The notes under the pieces were generated by a model. That model did not search any database. It was not told where the DNA came from and saw only the letters and a list, made by a program, of their open reading frames with translations. DNA of 64,000 nucleotides from an uncultured delta proteobacterium (GTDB lineage: Bacteria > Desulfobacterota > Desulfobacteria > Desulfobacterales > JAFDCJ01). Within the stretch, counting starts at the first letter, position 1, and every line of letters starts with the position of its first letter. The translations under genes and the position numbers were made by a program. Positions 53,160 to 63,592 of the stretch are shown here, piece after piece. The stretch covers positions 544,001-608,000 of the forward strand of contig CAVYNY010000010.1 in the NCBI GenBank assembly GCA_963769935.1, written 5' to 3'.

Positions 53160-54020
53160 TCACTGGAAACTTTTAAATATCTGGGTTATGCCCAGATATC
53201 GATTATAGACATAGACGATGATACCCAGCAGACCCAGGAGGACGACGCTGATGGCCGAACCGAACGGCCAGTCCAGCGTGCCGATAATCCGCTTGAAGAT
53301 CAGGTTGGCGATCATGTCGTTTCCCGGGCCGCCTAAAATCATGGGGGACAGGTAGGTCCCGGCCGTCAAGACAAATACCAGCAGACAGCCGGCACTCACC
53401 CCCGGCAGGCTGAGCGGAAGGGTGACCTCCCGGAATGCCTGCCATTCGGTGCAGCCCAGGCTTTTCGCGGCTTCGAGCAGACTTTTGTCGATTCCCTCCA
53501 GGCTCACATAAATATTCAGGATCATGAAAGGCAGCAGGTACTGGACCAGTCCCAAAATAACCGAACCCTCGTTGTAGAGCATAGCGAGGGGACTGGACAG
53601 AATACCGAATTTGATCATCAGGTAGTTGAACAGGCCCGTGTCGCCCAGGATATTGACCCAGCTCATGGTCCGGATGATGAAACTGATCCAAAAAGGCAGC
53701 ATGATGAGCAAAAGCAGAAAAGATTTGTGTCTGGTACTGCTGCGGTAGAAAAAATAGGCCGGAATGTAGCCCATTAGCAGGCATATCATCACCGTTTCCA
53801 GCGAAACGCGGATCGTTCGGATAAGAATGGAGGGATAGAAAAAATCCGCGAAGAACTTGGCGTAGTTGCCGAACTGAAACGCCGGAATATCCGCCCCCGT
53901 GGGCGCCCGCAGCCAGAAGCTGTAAACCACGATAAAACACACCGGAATCACCAGCAGGAAAATGACGGCGCTCAATGCGGGCGACAGCAGGCCCCACGGT
54001 TTCCAGATTTTATGCTGCAT
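53160..54020 (-). CDS. PotB-family ABC permease
   Basis: LPFWISFIIR, YLLPFMIL, LLEAAKSLG, LPLSLPG, DWPFGSA. Confidence 0.9.
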   Translation of the reverse strand: MQHKIWKPWGLLSPALSAVIFLLVIPVCFIVVYSFWLRAPTGADIPAFQFGNYAKFFADFFYPSILIRTIRVSLETVMICLLMGYIPAYFFYRSSTRHKSFLLLLIMLPFWISFIIRTMSWVNILGDTGLFNYLMIKFGILSSPLAMLYNEGSVILGLVQYLLPFMILNIYVSLEGIDKSLLEAAKSLGCTEWQAFREVTLPLSLPGVSAGCLLVFVLTAGTYLSPMILGGPGNDMIANLIFKRIIGTLDWPFGSAISVVLLGLLGIIVYVYNRYLGITQIFKSFQ

Positions 54021-54143
54021 AAGAATTCCCTTGGATTGGACAAATTAACATCAGCAATCGGACAAATACTTTATAAGGGCGGGATTATCCTTATGGGTAA
54101 TTTATTACCCTTAGAAAATGTCGGGTTTAATGTCAAGGGTTAT

Positions 54144-54857
54144 TCAGCTCAGCAGCCCTCCCCCATCGACATCGATGACCGCACCCGTGATAAAGCTGTT
54201 GGCCATAAGTTCAACTGCGACGGTGGCAATATCGGAAGGATGCCCCACCCGTTTCAGCGGCAGGCTCCGGGCCACATTGGCGAACATATCTTCGCGGGCC
54301 TGTTGGGGCATGCCGAGATAGGCGCCGGTATCGCGTGTCATGCCCGGAGAAATAACGTTGACCCGGACGGGGGCGAGTTCGACCGCCAGGGCTTTGCCCA
54401 AGGTTTCCACCGCGGAATTAATGCCAGCCAGAATGGGCGAGCCTTTGTCGGGCCGTCGACTCAGGATGCCGGAAAACAAAATAATTGATCCAGCGGGATT
54501 TATTTCAGCTTCTTTGACGGCGAGGTAGGGACCGAAGAATTTGCTGTCCATCGACGACTTCGCCTCTGAGAGAGCAAGCTCTTTTAGCGGGCCTGTCCTT
54601 ACGGAACTGCCCGGAATGGCCAGGTGATCAATGGGTCCCACCGAAGCAAACAGATCTTTGACGGAGGACTCATCGGTAAAATCCACCACTTGCCGCTGGA
54701 CATCCGCCCCGATTTTATCACAGGCCGCCTTGAGTTTAGACTCCGAGCGGCTTGCGATAATCACCCGGGCACCCTCATGGTGCGCCGCATCAGCAATCGC
54801 CAGCCCCATACCGGAGCTGCCGCCAATGACGAGTACTTTTTTATCTCTTAACCGCAT
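54144..54857 (-). CDS. Short-chain dehydrogenase/reductase (atypical: lacks the YxxxK Tyr)
   Basis: IGGSSGMG, LAVELAPVRVNVISPG, FITGAVIDVDGG. Confidence 0.85.
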   Translation of the reverse strand: MRLRDKKVLVIGGSSGMGLAIADAAHHEGARVIIASRSESKLKAACDKIGADVQRQVVDFTDESSVKDLFASVGPIDHLAIPGSSVRTGPLKELALSEAKSSMDSKFFGPYLAVKEAEINPAGSIILFSGILSRRPDKGSPILAGINSAVETLGKALAVELAPVRVNVISPGMTRDTGAYLGMPQQAREDMFANVARSLPLKRVGHPSDIATVAVELMANSFITGAVIDVDGGGLLS

Positions 54858-55209
54858 GATTTTCTCCTTTTTATTTTAGTTGATCGAGCTTGACATCCTG
54901 TCCCTGTTTTGCCATATTCACAAACAATCAGCTTAATGAGAAAAGGTTTCAGGTTTCAGCATAGCCGCAGGCTATCGAAGTTAACCTGCCTTGCACGGTA
55001 GGGCGGCCAGTTTGATTTGAGAAGCAATTCGCGTCTTTCATTTCCGCCAGGGAAGGATCCTGCGGGTCACTGATCCGACCGGGCAGAGTTTCATACGAAG
55101 TTTGAATCTTTCTCTGCCATCCGAACTCACGGTGCTGACATCTGTCATCTGTCTTCTGTTTTCTTTCCCCAGAGATCTCATATGAAAATTCATTTATAGC
55201 GACCGATTT

Positions 55210-55264
55210 CGTAGGGCGGGCCTCCGTGCCCGCCGAAATGGGTCGGCACGGAGGCCGACCCTGC
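55210..55264. repeat. GTAG-type REP-like palindrome pair
   Basis: GTAGGGCGGGCCTCCGTGCCCGCC...GGTCGGCACGGAGGCCGACCCTGC. Confidence 0.65.
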
Positions 55265-55422
55265 GCCAGCGTCAAACCAAAGTTTCTTTTATGATCAGAC
55301 CGGCATTTGGTTTAGCCGGCGGCGGCGCTGACATCTGAAACCACAAATATCAAGCATCCAACAATATCGACCACAAATCGTCGGCACCGCACAGCTGGCT
55401 GACGTGAGAAAGGACCAAAGCA

Positions 55423-57129
55423 ATGTACCACGAATCATCAGCCGCAACTGTTGCCGAAGCCTACCTTGAACTGCTGGCCTCCCGCGGCATAAAATATTTT
55501 TTCGGCAACAGCGGCACCGATTTTGCACCCATTATTGAGGCCTTTGCCAAACGCATAGCAGAGGGCAATCAGGCAATTATTCCCATTACCGTGCCGCACG
55601 AGATCACCGCCGTTGCCATGGCGCATGGGTACACGATGATAACCGGCCAACCGCAGGTGGTCATGGTGCATGTGATTGTGGGAACGGCCAACGCGCTGGG
55701 CGGCATCATCAATGCCGCCAGGGTCCACGTACCGATTTTTTTCACCGCCGGCCGAACGCCGTTGACCGAACAGGGGCCTGTCGGCACCCGCGACCTGGGA
55801 ATCCACTGGGCCCAGGAGTCCTTCGACCAGGGCGCGATGGTACGGGAGTTCGTAAAATGGGACTACGAGCTGCGGCTGGCATCGCAACTGGAAACCGTGG
55901 TGGATCGCGGGCTGGCCATCGCCCAGAGCGAACCGTCCGGCCCCGTCTATCTCACCCTGCCGCGGGAAGTGCTGGCAGAAAGCCTAGCGGGCTTTCAATA
56001 CGCCCAGCCTTCACGGATAAAAAGCGCTTCAGCAACCGTGCCGGATGCCGCTGCCGTCCGACAAGCCGCTGAAGCTCTTGCTGCCGCCCGCAACCCGCTG
56101 GCTGTGGTTCAATCCCTCGGCCGCAGGCCGCAGGCCGTCGCAGCGCTGGTCGATCTGGCGGAAACAATAGGGCTGCCGATTGTTGAACAATGGCACACTC
56201 ATGTAAACTTTCCCCAGGACCATTTCCTGCATGCCGGCTACGATCCGATGCCGTACCTGCAGGAAGCCGACCTGATCCTGGTAATCGAGTCAGATGCGCC
56301 GTGGTTCCCCCACTATTCAGCACCGCCGCCCGAGACAACCGTTATCCAGATCGGACTGGACCCGCTGTTTTCAGACTATCCGCTGCGCGGCTTTGCTTCG
56401 GATATCACACTGGCCGGAATACCGCACCATACGCTGCGCGCCCTGAAAGAAGCGCTGCTGTCGATCGGTCTGGATGCCGCAACGGTCAATGCCAGGTGCG
56501 AACGCTGGCGGGAGCGGAATTCAGCGCAGCGCAGATCCTGGCAGGATAAAACCGAATCGATCCAAAACAGCGACCCCATCGATATGGGCTGGGTTTCCGC
56601 CTGTATCGGCCGGCGGCTGGACGATCGAACCATTGTCGTCAATGAATACGATCTGGATCCCACCCAGACCTGTTTCACGCGTCCCGGCACGTATTTTCGG
56701 CATTCACCCTCCGCCTCCCTGGGATGGGGGTTGGGTGCCGCACTGGGAGCAAAGCTTGCGAAACCGGATCATAAGGTCATCTGCTGCGTCGGCGACGGCG
56801 CCTACATCTTCGGCGTGCCGGCAGCCGTCCATCACGTCGCCCGGGCCAACCGCCTGCCGGTCCTGTTCATCGTCTTTAACAACGGCTACTGGAATGCCTC
56901 CCGTCAAACCGCCTTTAATTTTGCTCCCGACGGCTATGCAGCCAGAGCGCAATCCGTGCCCCTGTGTGAAATCAAACCCTCGCTGGAATATGAAAAAATC
57001 TGCCAGGCCGCCGGAGGCTACGGCGAGCGCGTCACCAAGGCTGCCGACCTGCCGGCGGCCATCGACCGGGCCCTGGCGGCCATCGAATCCGAAAACCGCC
57101 AGGCCTTGTTAAACGTCATCTGTAAGTAG
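55423..57129 (+). CDS. Thiamine diphosphate-dependent enzyme (acetolactate synthase/decarboxylase superfamily)
   Basis: FFGNSGTDF, PHEITAVAMAHGY, GPVYLTLPRE, LGWGLGAALGAKLA, VGDGAY...FNN. Confidence 0.9.
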   Translation: MYHESSAATVAEAYLELLASRGIKYFFGNSGTDFAPIIEAFAKRIAEGNQAIIPITVPHEITAVAMAHGYTMITGQPQVVMVHVIVGTANALGGIINAARVHVPIFFTAGRTPLTEQGPVGTRDLGIHWAQESFDQGAMVREFVKWDYELRLASQLETVVDRGLAIAQSEPSGPVYLTLPREVLAESLAGFQYAQPSRIKSASATVPDAAAVRQAAEALAAARNPLAVVQSLGRRPQAVAALVDLAETIGLPIVEQWHTHVNFPQDHFLHAGYDPMPYLQEADLILVIESDAPWFPHYSAPPPETTVIQIGLDPLFSDYPLRGFASDITLAGIPHHTLRALKEALLSIGLDAATVNARCERWRERNSAQRRSWQDKTESIQNSDPIDMGWVSACIGRRLDDRTIVVNEYDLDPTQTCFTRPGTYFRHSPSASLGWGLGAALGAKLAKPDHKVICCVGDGAYIFGVPAAVHHVARANRLPVLFIVFNNGYWNASRQTAFNFAPDGYAARAQSVPLCEIKPSLEYEKICQAAGGYGERVTKAADLPAAIDRALAAIESENRQALLNVICK

Positions 57130-57216
57130 TTAATTAATCCTGACATTGCTTTTTGGTCTATACACAAACATAATTATCCCATAGCTGTTTTCAACCTGAA
57201 TAACAGGAGGATTGCC

Positions 57217-57530
57217 GTGATTCATGGATATGCAACCCCAAGAGCGACCGAAGCACTTATGCAGAAGCTTCCGATGGCGTGCAGCCGCCTGGGTATGACG
57301 CAGCTGACCGTGGGCCAGGCTGGTTTCGGGTGTTATCGAGTGAGTGTGGGAGTGGCCCATGGGATGCCCGGGTGAGAGCCGGCAAGAGCGCACTTCCTCA
57401 GCCGCTGCCCTTAATTCTCGGATCGGATTTGGCAGGGGTTGTCGAAGAGGTCGGTCCGGGTGTTTCCGGCGTTCGCTCGGGTGATGAAATATTCGGCGTC
57501 ACGAATTCACAGTTTACCGGCGGCTACTGC
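57217..57530 (+). pseudogene. Aldo/keto reductase 5' fragment joined to an internal fragment of an MDR/NADPH:quinone oxidoreductase
   Basis: AGGAGG + GTG..LGMTQLTVGQAGFGCYRV, then GPWDARVRAGKSALPQPLPLILGSDLAGVVEEVGPGV..GDEIFG in another frame. Confidence 0.6.
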
Positions 57531-58394
57531 TTGGTCGAGTGCAGGGATCTTACGCTAAAGCGATGCGCATTCCGACACTGCCCATGGGCGGCTTGATTGA
57601 GGTGTGGCCTGTTGAGCATGTATCCTGAGATTCAAAACTCGAAAATCTATGGTAAGGTGATAGGTAAGGATTCCTCCCAGGTTGAGACCAAGTCACAAAA
57701 TCTATATTCGTTTCAAAAATTCTGAGATTATGAATACCACAACCGGAAAGCTGTGATACCGAGGCGGCCCAGCGGTATATGGGATGCGGCTTCCGTTTTC
57801 TGCTCGTCGCTCCTCCTGACTGTTAGCTGGCAAAAGCCGTAAACGGAGAAAATATTGCTGTCTTAAATATTTTAGATGCATATGCTCATCCCAATTTTTA
57901 AATGGGGTGCATCATGTATATTTACAGAAAACAGATAGTACCAGCTAAATGCCCTAAAAGCAGCCTCAAATATTTTGATGTTCGCCATCAGATTTATCGG
58001 CCTTCCGACACATGCCCGGACGATTAGCGCATGACGTTGCTCTCACTCTCAAAATAGTGGCTGGGAAGAGCCTTTTTTATTCACCGTCCTGGTGGTCACG
58101 GCTTTTGCAGTTGCGATCTATTTCCGTGACTTGGCCGATTCCGGCGATCGCTCCTTTACCGGATAGTCTATCTGCCGCCAACACATCTTTACGAAAGGTA
58201 CAGTCCGTTATGGGGTAAAATACAGGATCTTACCTATTTACCCGCTCGTCCCTATTTCGTAATATATAGAGACAAAGCATGGTATTAAACATTCACGGGA
58301 GCCAACCGATTGGGGGCCCCCCTTAGTCTCCTGCACCACATCCGGGTGCCTGGTTTTCGGGGAGAAGAGATATGAGGACCAGGCGGGAGGGAAA

Positions 58395-58712
58395 ATCCTG
58401 AAGCTCTTGGCCAAAGATATCGGCGTCAGCAGGACATAGCTGGGTCTGTATGCCTCCAAGAGCGGTGTCCGCCAACCCATCGCCCAGGCGGAGTTCTATA
58501 GTGCCAACTCATTAGGCCTGGATGAGATGGTGCGCGAATTTCTGAAGCAAACCACCCACCCAGCGGATCTCCATACCATCAACCCCGGTCGACCTGTCCC
58601 CCCAGGGCGCCGCCGCGGTGGCCGCTCCGGGAAGCGGTCTGGGTGAAGCGTTGTCCATGTGGATTACAACGGAACCGAGAGTAGCGCCTGCTCCTCGGAG
58701 GACGGTTCGGCG
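58395..58712 (+). pseudogene. glk: Degenerate glucokinase remnant
   Basis: LLAKDIGVSRT*LGLY..EF.SA..LDEMVREFL, then [27 protein letters not shown] (cf. LLAGDIGGT, APGTGLGEA, SEGGH). Confidence 0.6.
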
Positions 58713-58743
58713 TGGAATCAACAAATCTGTGGAGGAGGAAAAA

Positions 58744-59240
58744 ATGGCACGTCATCTCGATATGGATCAGCGGGCGATCAACACTATCCGCACCCTGGCC
58801 ATCGACGCCATCCAGAAGGCGAATTCCGGCCACCCGGGCACACCCATAGACGCGGCGCCTACCGCCTACACCCTGTGGCAGCGGTTCCTGCGCTACGACC
58901 CTGACAACCCCAAATGGATCAACCGCGACCGCTTTGTGCTGAGCGGCGGCCATGCGTCCATGCTGCTCTTCAGCCTGATCTACCTGGCGGGGATCAAGGC
59001 CGCCGATCCATCTTACGAGCAAGTCGGTCGGGAAGCCGTCACGCTGGACGACATAAAAAATTTTCGGCAGGGGGGCCGCCGTTGCCCGGGCCACCCGGAG
59101 TACGGCTGGACGTCGGGCGTGGAGACCACCACCGGCCCGCCGCGTTGATCTGCACCCGGCAAGCCCTTCCCGTTATCGACCGCAGCAAGTTCGCTGCAGC
59201 CGGCGGTTTGGCCAAGGGAGCCTATGTGCTGGCCGACTGT
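58744..59240 (+). pseudogene. tkt: Transketolase with large internal and 3' deletions
   Basis: [45 protein letters not shown] jumps to [26 protein letters not shown], then ends. Confidence 0.85.
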
Positions 59241-59272
59241 TGGAGAATCTATATTTTCAAAGGAGGACAACC

Positions 59273-60305
59273 ATGCAATTGGGAATGATTGGCGCGGGGC
59301 GCATGGGTGGCAACATGGCAATCCGTTTGATGAAGGCCGGCCACACCTGTGTTGTTTATGCCCGCCGTGAAGAAACCATAAAGGAGTTAGTGAAACAAGG
59401 CGCCAAAGGCACAACCGACCTGAAGGAGTTCGCCGCGAATGCTGGCCAAGCCGCGGGCCGTATGGCTGATGGTGCCGGCCGCCGCGGTGGACAAGGTTTT
59501 GGATGATTTGGCTTCGTTGCTGGAACCGGGCGACCTCGTGGTAGATGGCGGAAACTCTTACTATCACGACGACATTCGCCGGGCTGTCGCTTTGAAGGAA
59601 AAACGCATCCAATATGTGGACGTAGGCGTCAGCGGCGGTGTTTGGGGGCTGGAACGGGGCTACTGCATGATGATCGGCGGCGAGATCGAAGCCGTCCAGC
59701 GTCTAGACCCCATATTTAAGGCACTGGCGCCCGGCGTGGCAGAAGCCCCGCGCACCCCCGGCCGCACCGGGGAGCCGACTCCCGCTGAAAACGGCTATCT
59801 GCATTGCGGCCCCAGCGGCGGCGGGCACTTTGTCAAAATGGTCCACAATGGCATCGAATACGGGATCATGGCAGCCTTCGCCGAAGGCCTGAATATTATC
59901 AAGAGTGCCGACATCGGAAGCCGTCGGCAGGAGGTGGATGCGGAAACCACACCGCTGCGTCATCCCGAGTTGTACCAATACGAATTCAATCTGCCGGATG
60001 TGGCCGAAGTATGGCGGCGCGGCAGCGTTATCGGCGCCTGGCTGCTGGATTTGACGGCCGGCGCCCTCTACAAAAATCCGGACCTGGCCAAGTTCGCCGG
60101 CCGGGTATCCGATTCGGGCGAAGGGCGCTGGACCTTGCAGGCCGCGGTTGACGAAGGTGTTCCCGCCCCCGTCATCAGCTCGGCGCTCTTCAGCCGCTTC
60201 AGTTCCCGGGGCATGAATGATTTTGCCGACAAAATCCTCTCGGCCATGCGCTACGAATTCGGCGGCCACCTGGAAAAGACCCGGGAAAAAACAGGAGGCG
60301 GCTGA
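59273..60305 (+). CDS. gnd: 6-phosphogluconate dehydrogenase, short type (frameshift near 59438)
   Basis: [60 protein letters not shown]. Confidence 0.92.
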
Positions 60306-61688
60306 TGGCGGTTTCAAGTTCAGATACACTGGTCTTTTTCGGCGCTACGGGCGACCTGGCCTACAAGCAGATCTTCCCGTCTCTTCAGGGGTTGATTCGA
60401 GACGGTCTAAATGTGCCCATCATTGGGGTGTCCCGATCCGGGTCCCTTGACAAACTCAAGGAGCGCGCCAGGGATAGCCTGCAGCACCATGGCAGCCTGG
60501 ATCAGGAGGCTTTCCAGAAACTGACGGAACTGTTGCGCGCCGTTCAGGGCGACTATAATGACCCGGCGACATATCAAAAACTGCGCCAGGAATTGGGAAA
60601 GGCAGAAAGGCCGTTGTATTACCTGGCCATCCACCCGACTATGTTCGCCGAGGTGGTTGAGGGGCTGGCCAAATCGGGCTGCGACGCCAGCGCCAGGGTG
60701 GTGCTTGAAAAACCCTTCGGTCGGGACCTGGCCTCCGCGCAGGAGTTGAACAAAATCCTCCACCGCTGCTTCCCGGAAGAGGCCATCTACCGTATCGACC
60801 ACTATCTGGGCAAAGAGCCGGTCCAGAATATCCTCTACACTCGCTTTGCCAATCCTGTTTTTGAGCCGATCTGGAATCGCCACCACGTGCGCAGTATTCA
60901 GATCACCATGGCGGAGGCCTTTGGCGTGGAGGACCGCGGCAAATTCTATGAGGAGGCCGGCGCTATCCGGGATGTCCTGCAAAACCATATGCTGCAAGTG
61001 CTTGCCAGCTTAACCGTGGACCCACATACCAGCAGGGAACATGAATCGGTCCGGGATGAAAAAGCCCGGTTGCTAAAAGCTATTTCTCCCCTGAAGCCTG
61101 AGGATGTTGTGCGCGGCCAGTATAATGGTTACCTTTCCGTGCCCGGGGTTAGCTCCGGTTCCACGGTGGAGACCTTCGTGGCTGTAAAGGTGGCCATCGA
61201 CAACTGGCGGTGGGCCGGAGTCCCCATCTTCATCCGCTGCGGTAAAAAGTTGGCCTTGACCTGCACAGAGATGATGGTTGAGTTCAAACGCCCGCCCCGT
61301 GAGACCTTCGGGGAAATCGTGCCGGTCCTCTCCAGTCATATGCGCATGCGCATCAGTCCGGACATCACCATCTCCATGGGACTGCGGGTAAAAAAACCGG
61401 GAGAACGGATGGCGGGCCAGGATGTGGAATTGACCTTCGTCCGCCAGGCTGCCGAATACAAGCCGCCGTATCAGCGTATGCTGGGTGATGCCATGCGCGG
61501 CTTCCGCCGAGCTTTTTACCCGGCAGGACAGCATCGAGGCCCAATGGCGGGTGGTGGACGGAATACTGGACAACGAGACGCCCTTGTATACCTACGAGCC
61601 GGGAACCTGGGGACCGGCAGAGGCCTACCAGCTCATCGGCAAACACGGGCCTTGGCTCAACCCACGGCCGCCGGAAAGCAAGCCATGA
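60305..61688 (+). CDS. zwf: Glucose-6-phosphate 1-dehydrogenase (frameshift near 61500)
   Basis: GATGDLA, EKPFG, RIDHYLGKE, RWAGVP; true end YEPGTWGP is in ORF 61485-61688. Confidence 0.92.
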
Positions 61689-62359
61689 CTGAAAAATATG
61701 AAAATGTATTCCTGTTCGACGTCGACAATACGCTGCTGAACAACGACCACGTGGTGCGGGATCTGAGCCAGCATCTCAGCAGTTACTTGGGCATCCAGGC
61801 CCACGACCGGTTTTTCCAGATTTTTGAAGAGCTGCGCCGGGAGCTCGGCTATGCCGACTACCTGGGGGCCCTCGAACGGTACCGGCTCGAGGCCTTGCAT
61901 GATCCAAGGGTGCTCAGGATATCCTGCTGGCTGGTGGACTATCCTTTTGCGCAGCGTCTCTACCCCAATGCGCTGGACGTCGTTGAGCACGTGCGCAGCT
62001 GGGGGGTGCCGGTAATCCTGTCGGACGGCGACGCGGTCTTCCAGCCCCGCAAAATCGATCGTTCCGGGCTGTGGGAGGAATTTAACGACAATGTGCTCAT
62101 CTATGTCCACAAAGAGAACATGTTGCCAAACGTGGAGACGCACTATCCTGCTCAACATTACGTGATGGTGGACGACAAGCTGCGCCTCCTGGCGGCCATC
62201 AAAAAGATCTGGGGAAACCGCGTGACCACCGTGTTTGTCAAGCAGGGCCACTACGCCAACGAACCCGGGGTTCTGGACCGCTATCCACCCGCCGACATCC
62301 ACCTGGACCGTATCGACAAACTGCTGGACTGCGATCAGGCGGCGTTCTCGAAAGCATAA
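61685..62359 (+). CDS. HAD-superfamily hydrolase
   Basis: FDVDNTL, ILSDGD, QPRK, MVDDK; ATGA overlap with the zwf stop. Confidence 0.85.
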   Translation: MTEKYENVFLFDVDNTLLNNDHVVRDLSQHLSSYLGIQAHDRFFQIFEELRRELGYADYLGALERYRLEALHDPRVLRISCWLVDYPFAQRLYPNALDVVEHVRSWGVPVILSDGDAVFQPRKIDRSGLWEEFNDNVLIYVHKENMLPNVETHYPAQHYVMVDDKLRLLAAIKKIWGNRVTTVFVKQGHYANEPGVLDRYPPADIHLDRIDKLLDCDQAAFSKA

Positions 62360-62375
62360 ATATAGGAGACAGTAC

Positions 62376-63458
62376 ATGAAAGCAACCAAACAATTACACG
62401 ATCTGGGACAAAGTCTCTGGCTCGACAACATCACCCGCGAACTGCTCACCAGCGGCACGTTGAAGCGCTATATCGATGAGCTGTCGGTTACCGGCTTAAC
62501 CTCCAACCCCACTATCTTCGATCACGCCATTACCCACAGCTCAGCCTATGACGAAGAGGTTCGCCGTCTGGCGAGGCTCGGCCATTCGGGTGAGGCCCTA
62601 TTTTTCGAGCTGGCCCTGGAGGATCTGACGCAGGCCGCGGATATGTTTGCGCCTGTTTACGAGCTAACCGCCGGCATTGACGGCTGGGTATCCCTGGAAG
62701 TATCGCCCCTGCTGGCCCACGATGCCAAAAGCACGGTAGTCGAGGCCAAAGCGCTTCACCGAAAAGCCGGGCGGCCCAACCTGTTCATCAAAATTCCCGG
62801 CACCAAAGAAGGCGCGGCGGCCATCGAGGAAGCCATCTTCTGTGGTGTGCCCGTCAACGTGACGCTGCTCTTTTCAAGGGAACACTACCTGAATGCGGCG
62901 GAGGCCTACATGCGAGGCTTGGAGCGGCGCATCGCAGCCGGTCTGTGCCCTGATGTGCATTCGGTGGCCTCGCTCTTTATCAGCCGTTGGGACAAGGCCA
63001 CCGAGGAGAGGGCGCCCGACGGCATGCGCAATGCGCTGGGCATCGCCATCGGTCTGCAGACATACAAAGCCTACCGGGACCTGCTGGACTCCGACCGGTG
63101 GCAGCGATTGGCGCATCGGGGCGCCCGATCCCAGCGTCTCCTCTTCGCCAGCACCGGCACCAAGGACCCCGCAGCGTCCGACGTGCTCTATATCGGCGCC
63201 CTGGCTGCTCCCAATACGGTGAACACCATGCCCGAGAAGACTCTTTTGGCCTTTGGCGATCATGGGCAGGTGAACGGAGCTCTGCCGCGCGATGGCGGCG
63301 ATGCCGAGCAGGTGCTGGAAAGGTTCGCCAAGGCAGGGGTCGATATAGTCAAGCTGGCCGCCGATCTGCAAGAGGAGGGGGCCAAGTCCTTTGAAGCGTC
63401 GTGGCAGAACCTTCTGAACACCATTGAGACGAAGACCAAGAGCTTAAAATCAGCCTAA
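62376..63458 (+). CDS. tal: Transaldolase
   Basis: GQSLWLDNI, GLTSNPTIF, VSLEVSP, FIKIPGT, NVTLLFS, ASTGTK, NTMP; AGGAG RBS. Confidence 0.93.
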   Translation: MKATKQLHDLGQSLWLDNITRELLTSGTLKRYIDELSVTGLTSNPTIFDHAITHSSAYDEEVRRLARLGHSGEALFFELALEDLTQAADMFAPVYELTAGIDGWVSLEVSPLLAHDAKSTVVEAKALHRKAGRPNLFIKIPGTKEGAAAIEEAIFCGVPVNVTLLFSREHYLNAAEAYMRGLERRIAAGLCPDVHSVASLFISRWDKATEERAPDGMRNALGIAIGLQTYKAYRDLLDSDRWQRLAHRGARSQRLLFASTGTKDPAASDVLYIGALAAPNTVNTMPEKTLLAFGDHGQVNGALPRDGGDAEQVLERFAKAGVDIVKLAADLQEEGAKSFEASWQNLLNTIETKTKSLKSA

Positions 63459-63592
63459 GTGCTTCGATGCGCAATTACAGTGACGTATTTTTCAGCTGAG
63501 AATCGTCAGCAATGCTCACTCAGCACTTAGTCCTGAGTGAGCAAATACGTTATTGCATTTATGAATCGAAGGACTAAGGGAAAGGAATAACA

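Noticed and set aside
57540..58380. Possible gene or ncRNA in the AT-richer spacer
   Set aside because: Only short ORFs without motifs; no structure I could support.
8590..61500. Programmed ribosomal frameshifting as an explanation for the split genes
   Set aside because: Sites are scattered across unrelated families and I saw no shared slippery motif; indel errors are simpler.
60305..62359. 684-aa Zwf-HAD fusion in the ORF track
   Set aside because: A frameshift near 61500 creates it. The real Zwf end (YEPGTWGP) is in another frame and stops at 61688, overlapping the HAD ATG.
63513..63543. 11-bp perfect hairpin between tal and pgi
   Set aside because: No U-tract, so it cannot be called a terminator; too little evidence for a specific role.
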